Of a stretch of DNA of 64,000 nt, positions 23,716 through 32,492 are shown piece by piece (position 1 is the stretch's first letter; each line of letters starts with the position of its first letter). Position numbers and translations under genes: made by a program. The DNA is from a virus. Lineage: Duplodnaviria; Heunggongvirae; Uroviricota; Caudoviricetes. Location of the stretch: IMG/VR virus record IMGVR_UViG_3300045051_000909, positions 64,001-128,000 of that record. One strand, given 5' to 3'. The notes beneath the pieces were generated by a model, which was not told the origin of the DNA, searched no databases, and saw nothing but the letters and a program-made list of their open reading frames with translations.

Positions 23716-23789
23716 TCCTCGCGGGTGGGCTCGAACCACCAACCTCCCGCTTATAAGGCAGGTGCTCTGACCCGTTGAGCTACACGAGG
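23716..23789 (-). tRNA. tRNA-Ile(UAU)
   Basis: loop CT-TAT-AA; full cloverleaf; A73. Confidence 0.88.
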
Positions 23790-23795
23790 ATCAAG

Positions 23796-23868
23796 AGCGG
23801 CACGCGGGATTCGGACCCGCGACCTTCTGCTTGGCAAGCAGACGCTCTACCAACTGAGCTAGTGCCGC
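23796..23868 (-). tRNA. tRNA-Gly(GCC)
   Basis: loop TT-GCC-AA. Confidence 0.9.
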
Positions 23869-23874
23869 ATAGTG

Positions 23875-23948
23875 CGTACCCGCCAGGACTTGAACCTGGA
23901 ACATGCCGGTTAACGGCCGGCCACTCTAGCCAATTGAGTTACGGGCAC
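23875..23948 (-). tRNA. tRNA-Asn(GUU)
   Basis: loop CC-GTT-AA (C33). Confidence 0.85.
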
Positions 23949-23968
23949 ATTCATCGTGAATTTCAGCA

Positions 23969-24041
23969 AGCCGGCGGCGAGAATCGAACTCGCGACCTAC
24001 CGCTTACAAGGCGGGTGCTCTACCAACTGAGCTACGCCGGC
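23969..24041 (-). tRNA. tRNA-Thr(UGU)
   Basis: loop CT-TGT-AA. Confidence 0.92.
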
Positions 24042-24056
24042 GTTTACGAAGTAAAG

Positions 24057-24129
24057 CAGGGGAGGAAGGAGTCGAACCTTCAACCTTGCGGTTCAGAGCC
24101 GCCTGCGCTGCCAATTGCGCCACTCCCCT
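24057..24129 (-). tRNA. tRNA-Gln(CUG)
   Basis: loop CT-CTG-AA. Confidence 0.88.
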
Positions 24130-24146
24130 ATGGAGTTAAGATCGAG

Positions 24147-24217
24147 CTGGGGCACTAGGAGTCGAACCTAGATAGGCGGATTCAAAGTCCGCCGTCCTGC
24201 CTTTGGACGATGCCCCA
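24147..24217 (-). tRNA. tRNA-Gln(UUG)
   Basis: loop CT-TTG-AA. Confidence 0.9.
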
Positions 24218-24222
24218 ATGAG

Positions 24223-24293
24223 AGCGGGTGAAGGGAGTCGAACCCTCACGTCCGGTTTGGAAGACCGGAACTCTACCGTTGAGCTACACCCGC
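24223..24293 (-). tRNA. tRNA-Gly(UCC)
   Basis: loop CT-TCC-AA. Confidence 0.92.
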
Positions 24294-24297
24294 ATGA

Positions 24298-24370
24298 TGC
24301 CCCTGGAGGGATTCGAACCCACACTGAACCGCTTAAAAGGCGGAGGTGCTAGCCATTACACTACAGGGGC
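24298..24370 (-). tRNA. tRNA-Lys(UUU)
   Basis: loop CT-TTT-AA. Confidence 0.88.
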
Positions 24371-24373
24371 GTG

Positions 24374-24445
24374 TGGGTCCGGAGAGACTCGAACTCTCGT
24401 TGCCCGGGTAAGAGCCGGGGATCCTAGCCACTAGACGACGGACCC
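24374..24445 (-). tRNA. tRNA-Lys(CUU)
   Basis: loop CT-CTT-AC. Confidence 0.88.
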
Positions 24446-24454
24446 AAAACACCG

Positions 24455-24475
24455 CTATTCAGTTTTCAATGAACA
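24455..24475 (-). promoter_or_regulatory. rrn-type boxA-like antitermination element
   Basis: TGTTCATTGAAAACTGAATAG on the - strand in a tRNA spacer. Confidence 0.6.
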
Positions 24476-24510
24476 GGAGCTATCCGGTCAGGCCGGCATC
24501 GCTCTGTCAG

Positions 24511-24595
24511 TGGACGGGGTGGGAATCGAACCCACTGGTATCCCGGAGGAGGGCGGTGTTACAGACCGCTGCCGTACCATTACGGCGTCCCGTCC
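24511..24595 (-). tRNA. tRNA-Tyr(GUA)
   Basis: loop CT-GTA-AC; long V arm. Confidence 0.88.
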
Positions 24596-24598
24596 ATA

Positions 24599-24671
24599 AG
24601 CCCGAAGCCGGAGTTGAACCGGCGACCTACTGCTTACGAGGCAGTTGCTCTACCAACTGAGCTACTCGGGC
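24599..24671 (-). tRNA. tRNA-Thr(CGU)
   Basis: loop CT-CGT-AA. Confidence 0.92.
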
Positions 24672-24680
24672 ACTTCTTTG

Positions 24681-24751
24681 CACGGCGTGTAGGAATCGAA
24701 CCCACGTAGCGGGTTTTGGAGGCCCGCGTCTTACCATTAGACGAACGCCGT
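24681..24751 (-). tRNA. tRNA-Trp(CCA)
   Basis: loop CT-CCA-AA; G73. Confidence 0.88.
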
Positions 24752-25057
24752 ATGTATCCTCCTAAAACGTTGAAGGCCGGGGAACCTTTCGGTCACCCGG
24801 CCTCCGTGGATCCTTGCGCTTGGGGCGCTTGCTCACACGGGGCCGGGCGGTTGGGTATCGAGGATCGCCGGGGCCTGATTCTGCTTCAGCATGGCCTTGG
24901 GGCACACCTCGACGGAAGCATAGCGCCAGGAAAACGAGCGACCTGCGCTCATCCCTAGATGTTGCAACGCTGTGCTTTTGAACGTCACCGGTCGACTCCG
25001 GGTTACTGCGAAGAACAAAGTGACTGTAGACCAACTCAGCCAAGAACGCAAGTAGGT

Positions 25058-25468
25058 CTAGTTGAGTAGGGTCTTGACCAGCGGGGCGCGGAGTGTTTCG
25101 GCAGCTTGCCGACGCAGAGTTTCAATAGCATTGGGATCGACGATATTGAGTTTGATCATCTCCTCAACTACCTGAGCCACGGTCATACCGTGCAACTCTG
25201 CCTGACAAGTAGGGCATTCACAAAAAGTAGCGAACACGAGACCGGTCGCATCGACGCGAAGACCCCGGAAAGCGTCGTGCTCGCTTTCCGGGATCGACAC
25301 GCCCCGGCCAACCACCTTGGAAAACGTATCCAAGGCGGTGGCCAGTTTTGCTTCTTCTGCTTCGAGACGTGCACGACGCTTCTGGAGAGCATCCCAGCGA
25401 CGCTTCAATTTTTCGTCGAGGGATCCGACAACGCGTTCCTTGATGACCTGGAATTTGCGTTCAGCCAT
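25058..25468 (-). CDS. hypothetical protein (coiled coil plus CxCPxC)
   Basis: 136-aa ORF with GGGAGG SD. Confidence 0.7.
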   Translation of the reverse strand: MAERKFQVIKERVVGSLDEKLKRRWDALQKRRARLEAEEAKLATALDTFSKVVGRGVSIPESEHDAFRGLRVDATGLVFATFCECPTCQAELHGMTVAQVVEEMIKLNIVDPNAIETLRRQAAETLRAPLVKTLLN

Positions 25469-25500
25469 TGCAGACCTCCCGCGTATCCCAGAATCATAGC

Positions 25501-25989
25501 CTACTTGGATTCGCGCGCGGTGTGTACTTCGCAGCTAGTACACGGTTCCAGGACATTGTGCAAGACGCACCGAGGACGGAGGTCCGTCAATCGGATATGT
25601 GCCGCCCGCGCCAGTTCGGTGATGCGCTCATCTCGGTACATCTCGCCGAAGACAATGCGCTGGATGCCCGAGTTGGCGATCAGCTGAAAGCAGTAGAAGC
25701 ACGGAGAAGCAGTGACGTACAGATCTGCCTTATCGATGCTGTTCCCGTGCTTCGCTGCCTGCAAGATGGCGTTGGCCTCCGCGTGGACAGTGCGTACGCA
25801 GTGACCATTCTCCATCATGTGTCCGACGTCATCGCAGTGTGGCTGACCTCGGACGGAGCCGTTGTAGCCAGTCGACAGGATGTTCTTGTCCCTGACGATC
25901 ACCGCGCCGACGTGTTTGCGGTCACAGGTCGCCCGTGTAGCAACCGTTTTCGCGACTTCCATGAAGTACGCGTCCCAGTCGCGCCTCAC
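25501..25989 (-). CDS. dCMP deaminase
   Basis: RATCDRKHVGAV, STGYNG, VHAEANA, ASPCFYC. Confidence 0.92.
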   Translation of the reverse strand: MRRDWDAYFMEVAKTVATRATCDRKHVGAVIVRDKNILSTGYNGSVRGQPHCDDVGHMMENGHCVRTVHAEANAILQAAKHGNSIDKADLYVTASPCFYCFQLIANSGIQRIVFGEMYRDERITELARAAHIRLTDLRPRCVLHNVLEPCTSCEVHTARESK

Positions 25990-26669
25990 GCCGCCTCCTC
26001 GAGCCCGATGTCCTCATCATCCTTCATGCGCAGCGCGGCCTTCGGATCGCGGAAGTACAACATCAGCCGCTCCTTCTGGCACTCGCTGATGAAGAACCGC
26101 TTGCCGTCCCGCTTCCAGATCTGACGAAGTGCATCGCGGGCCGCCTCGAGCTGGGTGTGGTGATACCCCGTCTCGTGTGCAAGCTGCATCATAGAGTACA
26201 GTCCCGAGTAGGACCGAAGGTTGTACTGCTTCATCTTCTGACGAACGCTGGGGACGGGACGGCCGAGAATCTCCGCAGCGCCGTCCGCGTTGTGACGCTC
26301 CACCAGGCCCATCAGCTTGAACTCTTCTGCCTTGGTCCACTTCCGGCGTGCGTGTTTGTACGAGATGCCTTGGCGATCCAGGTAGGCATAGAGCTGGGGC
26401 TCACTGATCCCCATCTCTGCCGAGAGCTCCGGAAGCGTCTTGTTCGGAGCATTCTCCCGAAGGTACTGGAGCTCCGCTTCGGACCAGAGCCGGCGCTGGA
26501 GCATGTTCTTGTCCTTCTTGAGCGGAATGTTGTAGCGAACACACGCGCGGCGAATCGCCTCTACGGTGCGCCCTGCAAGCTCAGGGCACTTTGCCAGTCG
26601 CGGCGCTGATGTTGTCGGGGCGTTTTCGCGCAGAAACCCGAGCTCTCCGAGCCCCCAAAACTCTCTCAC
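25986..26669 (-). CDS. protein with repeated Myb/SANT-like HTH units
   Basis: W..GELGFLRENA, WSEAELQYLRENA, WTKAEEFKL; GTG at 26669 with AGGAG SD. Confidence 0.7.
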   Translation of the reverse strand: MREFWGLGELGFLRENAPTTSAPRLAKCPELAGRTVEAIRRACVRYNIPLKKDKNMLQRRLWSEAELQYLRENAPNKTLPELSAEMGISEPQLYAYLDRQGISYKHARRKWTKAEEFKLMGLVERHNADGAAEILGRPVPSVRQKMKQYNLRSYSGLYSMMQLAHETGYHHTQLEAARDALRQIWKRDGKRFFISECQKERLMLYFRDPKAALRMKDDEDIGLEEAA

Positions 26670-27261
26670 GCTGTGTCTCCTTTCGTTCGGTTGTGTAGTC
26701 AGACCAAGCTTCATCGATGCGGAATTTGTACTCATGAACCAGCGCTGGATAGAGCTGATCCACGCTATCGCGACACTCCTTAAAGAAGTTCACGATACGT
26801 TCGATTTGTTCCGTGTCGGCTTCCTCTACGGGCTTATACCACGTAGGCTCGTAGAGGCACTTACGATTGGCATGATCACTAAAGGCCGCATCGCAGTACT
26901 GACACTCCGGGCTCCCCTCAAGCTGAAGCAGGCGATGAGGTGGCCAGTCGCTCAAGATGAGCCAACCGCTGCTTCGACCAGCTGAGTAAGCGGGACCGAG
27001 GTCAAGTTCTTTTGCTCGATCAACCGCCCACTCCCACCACCATTCCTGTACACACTGCCCTACCATCGAATCGAACTCGTCGCGGTCTACACGGCCCAGC
27101 TCGACCAGACGTTCCAGTTTACGGCTATAGCGCTTGGACAATTTTACGGAGGGCCCGTAATACTTCACATTTACAGCAGCAAAGTGTGGCCCACTGACAG
27201 CACCGTTGCCATGCGTCTCGATTCGGTACGTGTTCCCGGCTACCTCTAGATCAAGCGACAT
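26581..27261 (-). CDS. hypothetical protein
   Basis: 226-aa ORF coupled to the kinase gene; its 3' end overlaps the next gene. Confidence 0.6.
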   Translation of the reverse strand: MSLDLEVAGNTYRIETHGNGAVSGPHFAAVNVKYYGPSVKLSKRYSRKLERLVELGRVDRDEFDSMVGQCVQEWWWEWAVDRAKELDLGPAYSAGRSSGWLILSDWPPHRLLQLEGSPECQYCDAAFSDHANRKCLYEPTWYKPVEEADTEQIERIVNFFKECRDSVDQLYPALVHEYKFRIDEAWSDYTTERKETQRERVLGARRARVSARKRPDNISAATGKVP

Positions 27262-28048
27262 CGACCCCTGTGTTTTGGAGGGCGAGTTTCACATTCTTGA
27301 AGAGATCACCCCGCGTTCCCACATTGTTGAGTTCAAGGCTGACGTACTTATCCATCTCTTTCGATTTCTGCTCCTCTTCCGAACGATGTCCCTGCACGCC
27401 GGCCTCGAGCGCCTTGAGATCCTTGCGGTGTATGCGCCAAACCTGTCCGCCCAGCTCACGGATCATGCTGGCTTCGTTGAGGAAGCGTACGTCGGTAATT
27501 ACGACCATGGGAAGAGGTGCGTCCCCGGACAACAACGCGCGAGCGCGGCTCAGGCCAACTTTGATCCACACGTCGGGATCAAGGTCCCGGCCGAACTCCG
27601 TGCCGAGAGTCTGGAGCACCAGTCGAGGTGTGAGCACCTCCTCACGGGGAAGGCCGTCGAACCATCGAACGAGGGCCTGAAAGGCCACCTTAGGCTCGAC
27701 GTCTGGTAGGACCTCCTCGAGCCAGGACATGCCCCAGGTATAGAGCTGCTCGCGCGCAATCTCCCAGTTCGCTTGGCGCTCAGCAGGGGCGTAATACTCT
27801 CCGCGCAGTCGATGGAGCATCCGAGCCCACCAGCGGCGATCCGTGTCCGCCGAAAAGCGCAGGTCTGGTGTGTTACGCAGTTCACTCGGCCCCCAGAGTT
27901 GGCTGGCCGTGAACCCAAAGACCTCTTGGGCAAGTTCCTTCAGCGGATCAGCTAGCGCCAAGGTAGCGCCGTCAGTGATTGCTGCGATCATCTTGCCGAC
28001 GGTGTCCTTACCCGATCCCGCGTTACCCAGTACACCGATGATGTTCAT
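27251..28048 (-). CDS. deoxynucleoside monophosphate kinase
   Basis: GNAGSGKDT, TPRLVLQTLGTEFGR, ITDVRFLNE. Confidence 0.9.
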   Translation of the reverse strand: MNIIGVLGNAGSGKDTVGKMIAAITDGATLALADPLKELAQEVFGFTASQLWGPSELRNTPDLRFSADTDRRWWARMLHRLRGEYYAPAERQANWEIAREQLYTWGMSWLEEVLPDVEPKVAFQALVRWFDGLPREEVLTPRLVLQTLGTEFGRDLDPDVWIKVGLSRARALLSGDAPLPMVVITDVRFLNEASMIRELGGQVWRIHRKDLKALEAGVQGHRSEEEQKSKEMDKYVSLELNNVGTRGDLFKNVKLALQNTGVDVA

Positions 28049-28305
28049 GGCTTCACTCCAGAGACTTGTGGTTTGAACCCGAGCCGCTCGAGGCAGATGT
28101 TGAGCGTTACCTGTTGCTTGATGGCTTGTTCAAGGGACTTGTGAGCCATGTCCGCAGACGCGTCTACCAAGCGGACGGCTTCGTCACGTTCATCCCTTAG
28201 GCGCTCCACTTCGACGGTGTGGCGCCATTTCGACAAACTCCAACCTGCGAGAAAGGCCAGCCCCAGCGCAACGAGCGCCGGAAGAGTCTTGGTGTGGATT
28301 TCCAT
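28045..28305 (-). CDS. small membrane/coiled-coil protein
   Basis: ATG at 28305 coupled (TAATG) to the thyX stop; N-terminal TM segment. Confidence 0.65.
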   Translation of the reverse strand: MEIHTKTLPALVALGLAFLAGWSLSKWRHTVEVERLRDERDEAVRLVDASADMAHKSLEQAIKQQVTLNICLERLGFKPQVSGVKP

Positions 28306-29138
28306 TAGATCCCTGGGTATCCGGGTCGATTTTGGTTGTGGATCTCGTAACGGTATTGCTGCCACCCTTTGAAATTGCTGTTCGTGCTGCTTGCATGTAG
28401 CAGCGGCGTAGCCTGGTGCTCGAACGCCGACATGTGCAGGCTTTCGCGCAGACGGTCGTGGAGCTCCAGGTCCTTCTGGACATCGGGGGTGCTACCATCG
28501 TGGTTGTTGTACGAGACACGAGCGCAACGAGCGACGGAAATTCGCTTGCAGTGCTCCACGTCGTACTGCGCACGCTCTTCCTCTGTTACGTAGGGCAGGT
28601 GCCACCCGCTGATCTTTACCTGGCGTGGGCGGCTGTTCGTCATAGCCTCGTACATGGCATCAGCGAGACGCTGAATAACTGGATGCGCATCCTTGTGACG
28701 GCGGAGGTGAAAAAAGTTTCCGAACTCCGACGCCGTGATGATCACTGAGATGTGTGAGAAGGGCTCGAGGAGGCGATTCACTTCTTGCTTATGCAGGCCC
28801 ACGGCATTGAGGTGTCGCGCCGAGCTTACGGCGGCGTCTCGTGCGATGAGCCACATCGTCCGCGCCTCCGCGGCCTCTTCTGAGGTCATCTCCTCGGTTG
28901 CCTGCATCCCTGGCTTGTTCTTGCCCCAGTAGATCGGGACGTACGGATCGTCGATGATATCTTGGATGATCTTCTGGACGGGGATAGCGCGAGAACTTGA
29001 AGCGTTGCGACTGAATACCCGGTGAGTCATTACCTCGGCGTGGATCGAGCGCGGGTAGCGTGCCTGAATCGTGGTTAGACGCTTCCCATTCGGGACAGCG
29101 ACGCTGTCCTCGATTACCTTCGCTGTGATGGTGGTCAT
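28305..29138 (-). CDS. thyX: FAD-dependent thymidylate synthase
   Basis: EVMTHRVFSRNASSSRAIP, HKQEVNRLLEP, HMSAFEHQA. Confidence 0.92.
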   Translation of the reverse strand: MTTITAKVIEDSVAVPNGKRLTTIQARYPRSIHAEVMTHRVFSRNASSSRAIPVQKIIQDIIDDPYVPIYWGKNKPGMQATEEMTSEEAAEARTMWLIARDAAVSSARHLNAVGLHKQEVNRLLEPFSHISVIITASEFGNFFHLRRHKDAHPVIQRLADAMYEAMTNSRPRQVKISGWHLPYVTEEERAQYDVEHCKRISVARCARVSYNNHDGSTPDVQKDLELHDRLRESLHMSAFEHQATPLLHASSTNSNFKGWQQYRYEIHNQNRPGYPGI

Positions 29139-29155
29139 GTCTTCCCCTTACTGCG

Positions 29156-29512
29156 CTACGCCTTCTCGGGCGGCCAGAACCACTCGCCCGTCTGCTTTTT
29201 GTAGATGAGGCCCTTGTTGGCCTTCATGAATCGGTCAACAGTGCAGCCGCAGAGCGTCTCACGGGTCGCCACGTTTCCATGACGATCCCGCGTGGTCGTA
29301 CGCAGCCGCCCTACTCCAAGCACACTGTAGCGGCAAGCGGAGCAGCCGCGCTTGGCGAAGGCCAGAACTTCCTCGTTCGTAACCGGGCGGAGCGTGTCAC
29401 TCGTCGTCGTGGGCGAAGTCGTCACGGCGGGTGCCGCGACTGCGGCGTCGGCGGTCTCGGCGTTCGGCGCCGTCACCGTTGGTCCACTCGACGCGCTGTT
29501 GCTCGGGTCCAT
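29156..29512 (-). CDS. hypothetical Cys-containing protein
   Basis: CSAC..CGC; ATG at 29512 has AGGAG SD but lies inside the neighbouring gene; start uncertain. Confidence 0.45.
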   Translation of the reverse strand: MDPSNSASSGPTVTAPNAETADAAVAAPAVTTSPTTTSDTLRPVTNEEVLAFAKRGCSACRYSVLGVGRLRTTTRDRHGNVATRETLCGCTVDRFMKANKGLIYKKQTGEWFWPPEKA

Positions 29513-29678
29513 GGTTCTCCTGGGGTTGGTTGTTCGGTCGCTGCGTCTTGCGCTGCTGGCGGCAGCCCTTGCACCGCTTGGGCTCTTGGAAACCCATACG
29601 CGAGAAAAAGGCTTGCTCGCTCTCACTGAGGGTAAACGGGTTGTTGCACTCCTTGCAGGTCAGAGTCTTGTCAGGCAT
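29397..29678 (-). CDS. CxxC-x(n)-CxxC zinc-ribbon protein
   Basis: DKTLTCKECNNPFTLSESEQAFF..GFQEPKRCKGCR. Confidence 0.85.
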   Translation of the reverse strand: MPDKTLTCKECNNPFTLSESEQAFFSRMGFQEPKRCKGCRQQRKTQRPNNQPQENHGPEQQRVEWTNGDGAERRDRRRRSRGTRRDDFAHDDE

Positions 29679-29691
29679 TTGTTTTTGGTTC

Positions 29692-30114
29692 CTATCGTTT
29701 GCGGAGAAGTCCCTCGAGCTTCTCCTTGAGCTCGGGGGTGATGCCCTTCATAGAATCGACTTGCAAGAAACGCTTGTCGTGTCCGTGTTGGGCAAGCCAG
29801 GTAACCTCATGCGGGATAAGTTCACCGTCGATCCAGTAGAAATTGTCACCATGCGGTTCAATGACTTCTACCTTCGAAACATCGAAGAGATGGACGGGCA
29901 CCGAGTCCTCTGGGAGGGCGAGGTGGTCGTTGAGGTAAAACGCATCCCGAGGGCTACGATCCGTGAGCCAGCGAACGTCAAAGTGACTCAAAGCCCAGTT
30001 GACGAAAGGCTTGGCGTACGGAACGACTTCTCCGTGAAGGAACCGTTCAGGCGTGTGAGAGGGGACGACGACGGGGCCGTCGATCCCGATGAATAGCTTG
30101 GGCTTGGCAGTCAT
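29692..30114 (-). CDS. HAD-like domain (resembles RNA-repair-associated HADs)
   Basis: LFIGIDGPV, VRWLT, YWIDGEL; first catalytic Asp is replaced. Confidence 0.55.
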   Translation of the reverse strand: MTAKPKLFIGIDGPVVVPSHTPERFLHGEVVPYAKPFVNWALSHFDVRWLTDRSPRDAFYLNDHLALPEDSVPVHLFDVSKVEVIEPHGDNFYWIDGELIPHEVTWLAQHGHDKRFLQVDSMKGITPELKEKLEGLLRKR

Positions 30115-30434
30115 GTTGGGCTCCGCTCGTATTCTAGCCCAACAGCCGTACGAACCGGATACTGAACCGGACCATTTGCAAGCTCTTCAGCTATCTCCTT
30201 GAGCTCGTCGTCTGTAAGATCGTTGGGTGTGGGGTGCTTGAAAACAACGATCATCTTGTAGCCGCCAGGCGCATCTTCGAACCGAAGCTTCGCGCGAACG
30301 CCGCAAGCTAGCCGCGTGAATGGAGAGAGGTCCGTGTAAGCCTCTCCACGAGCAGATGCCTCCCGTCGGAAATTAAGCACCCGTCGAGCTACTAGTAGGA
30401 GGAACTGCCGTTCAGCGTTGTCGACTTGGCTCAT
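30111..30434 (-). CDS. hypothetical protein
   Basis: 107-aa ORF in a tightly packed operon. Confidence 0.65.
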   Translation of the reverse strand: MSQVDNAERQFLLLVARRVLNFRREASARGEAYTDLSPFTRLACGVRAKLRFEDAPGGYKMIVVFKHPTPNDLTDDELKEIAEELANGPVQYPVRTAVGLEYERSPT

Positions 30435-30436
30435 GG

Positions 30437-30754
30437 CTAGGTGACGTCGTCGTAGTAATCAGCGGCCGACTGCGCAATCGTGTCGAATGCTTCTTTGCCC
30501 TCGGGGTACTCTTCCCGAAGGTTGATACACGCGAGCGCCATCCCAAACACCATATGTTCCTTGGAGAGTCCAAGCTCGCGGCAGCGAGCATTGAGACACT
30601 TCACCAGGAACTCTGTGAGTCCGCCCGCCTCCTTGATGAACTCTTCCTGAAGAGCGGCCTGCTGCTTCTCAGCGTCAGCCTTCTGATCCTTGGCCACGAC
30701 TTCTCCCTCAACCTCCGACCAACCACCCTTGCCGTCTGGTACGCGCACTTTCAT
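30437..30754 (-). CDS. hypothetical protein
   Basis: 105-aa ORF, GAGG SD. Confidence 0.7.
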   Translation of the reverse strand: MKVRVPDGKGGWSEVEGEVVAKDQKADAEKQQAALQEEFIKEAGGLTEFLVKCLNARCRELGLSKEHMVFGMALACINLREEYPEGKEAFDTIAQSAADYYDDVT

Positions 30755-30762
30755 GGTTCACC

Positions 30763-31002
30763 TCACCGCTTGAGCGCCTGGGGACATGCTGCCACAACCT
30801 CATCGGTGCGCACGATCACGGGCTTCGCCAGCTTCTCAGGGGAGTCGACGCGACGTGCCGACGGAGGGAAGACCTGCCCTGGGCCCTCCTTGAAGGGGTA
30901 GAGCGAACGGGCAACGCACCAGCCGTGCGAGGCCGTGTGTCCCTTGGGCGGTGTGACCGGATCGAAGTACTTGCACTCAGAGCAACGCAACGTGTTTGCC
31001 AT
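30763..31002 (-). CDS. small Cys-rich protein
   Basis: CSECKYF..GWC..ACP. Confidence 0.7.
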   Translation of the reverse strand: MANTLRCSECKYFDPVTPPKGHTASHGWCVARSLYPFKEGPGQVFPPSARRVDSPEKLAKPVIVRTDEVVAACPQALKR

Positions 31003-31010
31003 GTGATCTC

Positions 31011-31487
31011 CTAGACGATGAGGGCTTTGATTCTTGCTGCGGCGATAGCCTTTTCCCCGTCGGGCTTGTTCTGTAGTTCCCGCAGTACGCCGACCAGAGT
31101 ATCTACGGCTGCTTTGTCATCGGTAGCTCGGATACGAACAAAGCTATTTTCCTTACCGTGAATGGTCGCATGCGGACCGGATTCGTCCAGACCGGCCAGG
31201 AAGACTCCAGCCTGTTCAAACGCGGAGCGGTGCCCCTTGGCCAAGGTGTGCACCAGCGCCACAATGCGGCTGCGAGCCGTCTCCATTGGTGTTTCGCAGT
31301 CTGCATCGAGCCATACGTGCAGGCGCGTTCGGTACCCAGGGAACACCGCACAAATCTCTTCCTGATCCTGAACAGGCTCCAGGGCGTCTTCTACACGCAG
31401 CGCATGCTTCGGATCCGTAGCCGCCTCATCTCGAGTCGGCGCCTCCTGTCTCCATGGATCGAAGATACCCGGGCGGGACTTTTTCAT
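31011..31487 (-). CDS. hypothetical protein
   Basis: 158-aa ORF coupled to the upstream gene. Confidence 0.65.
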   Translation of the reverse strand: MKKSRPGIFDPWRQEAPTRDEAATDPKHALRVEDALEPVQDQEEICAVFPGYRTRLHVWLDADCETPMETARSRIVALVHTLAKGHRSAFEQAGVFLAGLDESGPHATIHGKENSFVRIRATDDKAAVDTLVGVLRELQNKPDGEKAIAAARIKALIV

Positions 31488-31708
31488 TTGGTCACGATCT
31501 CGATAACGTGGTCGAGCGAAGTATTCTCGCAGTCAACGTGCACGAGTTCGAATTCGCCACTAAGCCACGAGCCGAAGTTCCGGATATTTCCAGGATCGAC
31601 GCCGACCTTTTCGACGATGTACGCAGGGAGAACGCGATCCGTCGCCTGGAGTCGACGCTGACATTTCATACAGCGGTCAGTGCCGCGAGAAGTCATTGGG
31701 GCGGTCAT
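31484..31708 (-). CDS. small Zn-finger protein
   Basis: CMKC...HVDC. Confidence 0.6.
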   Translation of the reverse strand: MTAPMTSRGTDRCMKCQRRLQATDRVLPAYIVEKVGVDPGNIRNFGSWLSGEFELVHVDCENTSLDHVIEIVTK

Positions 31709-32199
31709 GTGCGACTCCGAGTATCTTGCCTCGAGCTCTCGTGACTGGTCAATGCCAAAAGATACGCGGCGCCTGTGCGCCAGCTGCGCGCATCAAGTAC
31801 CTGCGGGGTTGTGTTCACGAACTCCGACGCGAGCTTCTCACCATCGGGGAGATAAACGTGAATCTCCTCTTGCCCGATACCTTGGAGAGCCTCTGGATGT
31901 GTGTGCATCAAACGTTCGAGGCAGCGCACAACGGCTAATCCTTTGGCGGCCGTTTTTGACTCCTGGGTCGTAACGGCCCAGCTAAGCACAGATCGGCGTA
32001 GATGTGCAATGACTGACGTTGTCAGGTCCATCGGTAGGCGCTTAGGCTGGCTCAAGAAACGCGCGCGGCGCTTACGTCCTCGAGCATTACGATACTCAAA
32101 TGTCGGTTCCGGATCGTTTACTGGGTAAACGACGGCCGCCGCGGTGTATCGCTTATGTGATCCTACGACGTCCACGGCAATCACCAGCTTGGCGCTCAT
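31705..32199 (-). CDS. hypothetical protein (weak RNase H-like N-terminus)
   Basis: LVIAVDVVGS..AAAVV resembles RNase HII beta1-beta2; weak. Confidence 0.5.
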   Translation of the reverse strand: MSAKLVIAVDVVGSHKRYTAAAVVYPVNDPEPTFEYRNARGRKRRARFLSQPKRLPMDLTTSVIAHLRRSVLSWAVTTQESKTAAKGLAVVRCLERLMHTHPEALQGIGQEEIHVYLPDGEKLASEFVNTTPQVLDARSWRTGAAYLLALTSHESSRQDTRSRT

Positions 32200-32252
32200 T
32201 CACTTCCCCTGGCTAGCTGGGGGGCAGCATACCCCCCAGCCGAGCCAGGTGT

Positions 32253-32492
32253 CTACTTCGTATTCAGTAACTCAGACAAAGAGATTCGAAATACTTTCGC
32301 CAAACTACACAAGTGGTCGTAGTTCAGCATTGACCGCCCTTGTTCGATCAGCGTGTATTGCGACCGTGAAATCCCGAGCTCCCACGCGACCTGTGCCTGC
32401 GTCAGTGAGTTCTGAGCGCGCAGGGTGTACAGGCGTTGGAGAAGCCACACATATTCGCGGGGATTACGAATTTCCCGCCTTCGAGTTCTCAC
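32253..32492 (-). CDS. XRE-family HTH regulator
   Basis: AGGAGG SD with GTG at 32492; LRAQNSLTQAQVAWELGISRSQYTLIEQG. Confidence 0.85.
   Translation of the reverse strand: MRTRRREIRNPREYVWLLQRLYTLRAQNSLTQAQVAWELGISRSQYTLIEQGRSMLNYDHLCSLAKVFRISLSELLNTK

Noticed and set aside
24762-25043. 93-aa - strand ORF upstream of the tRNA array
   Set aside because: TTG start without a clear SD, Arg/Pro/Ser-rich random composition, hairpin-rich; more likely the array leader
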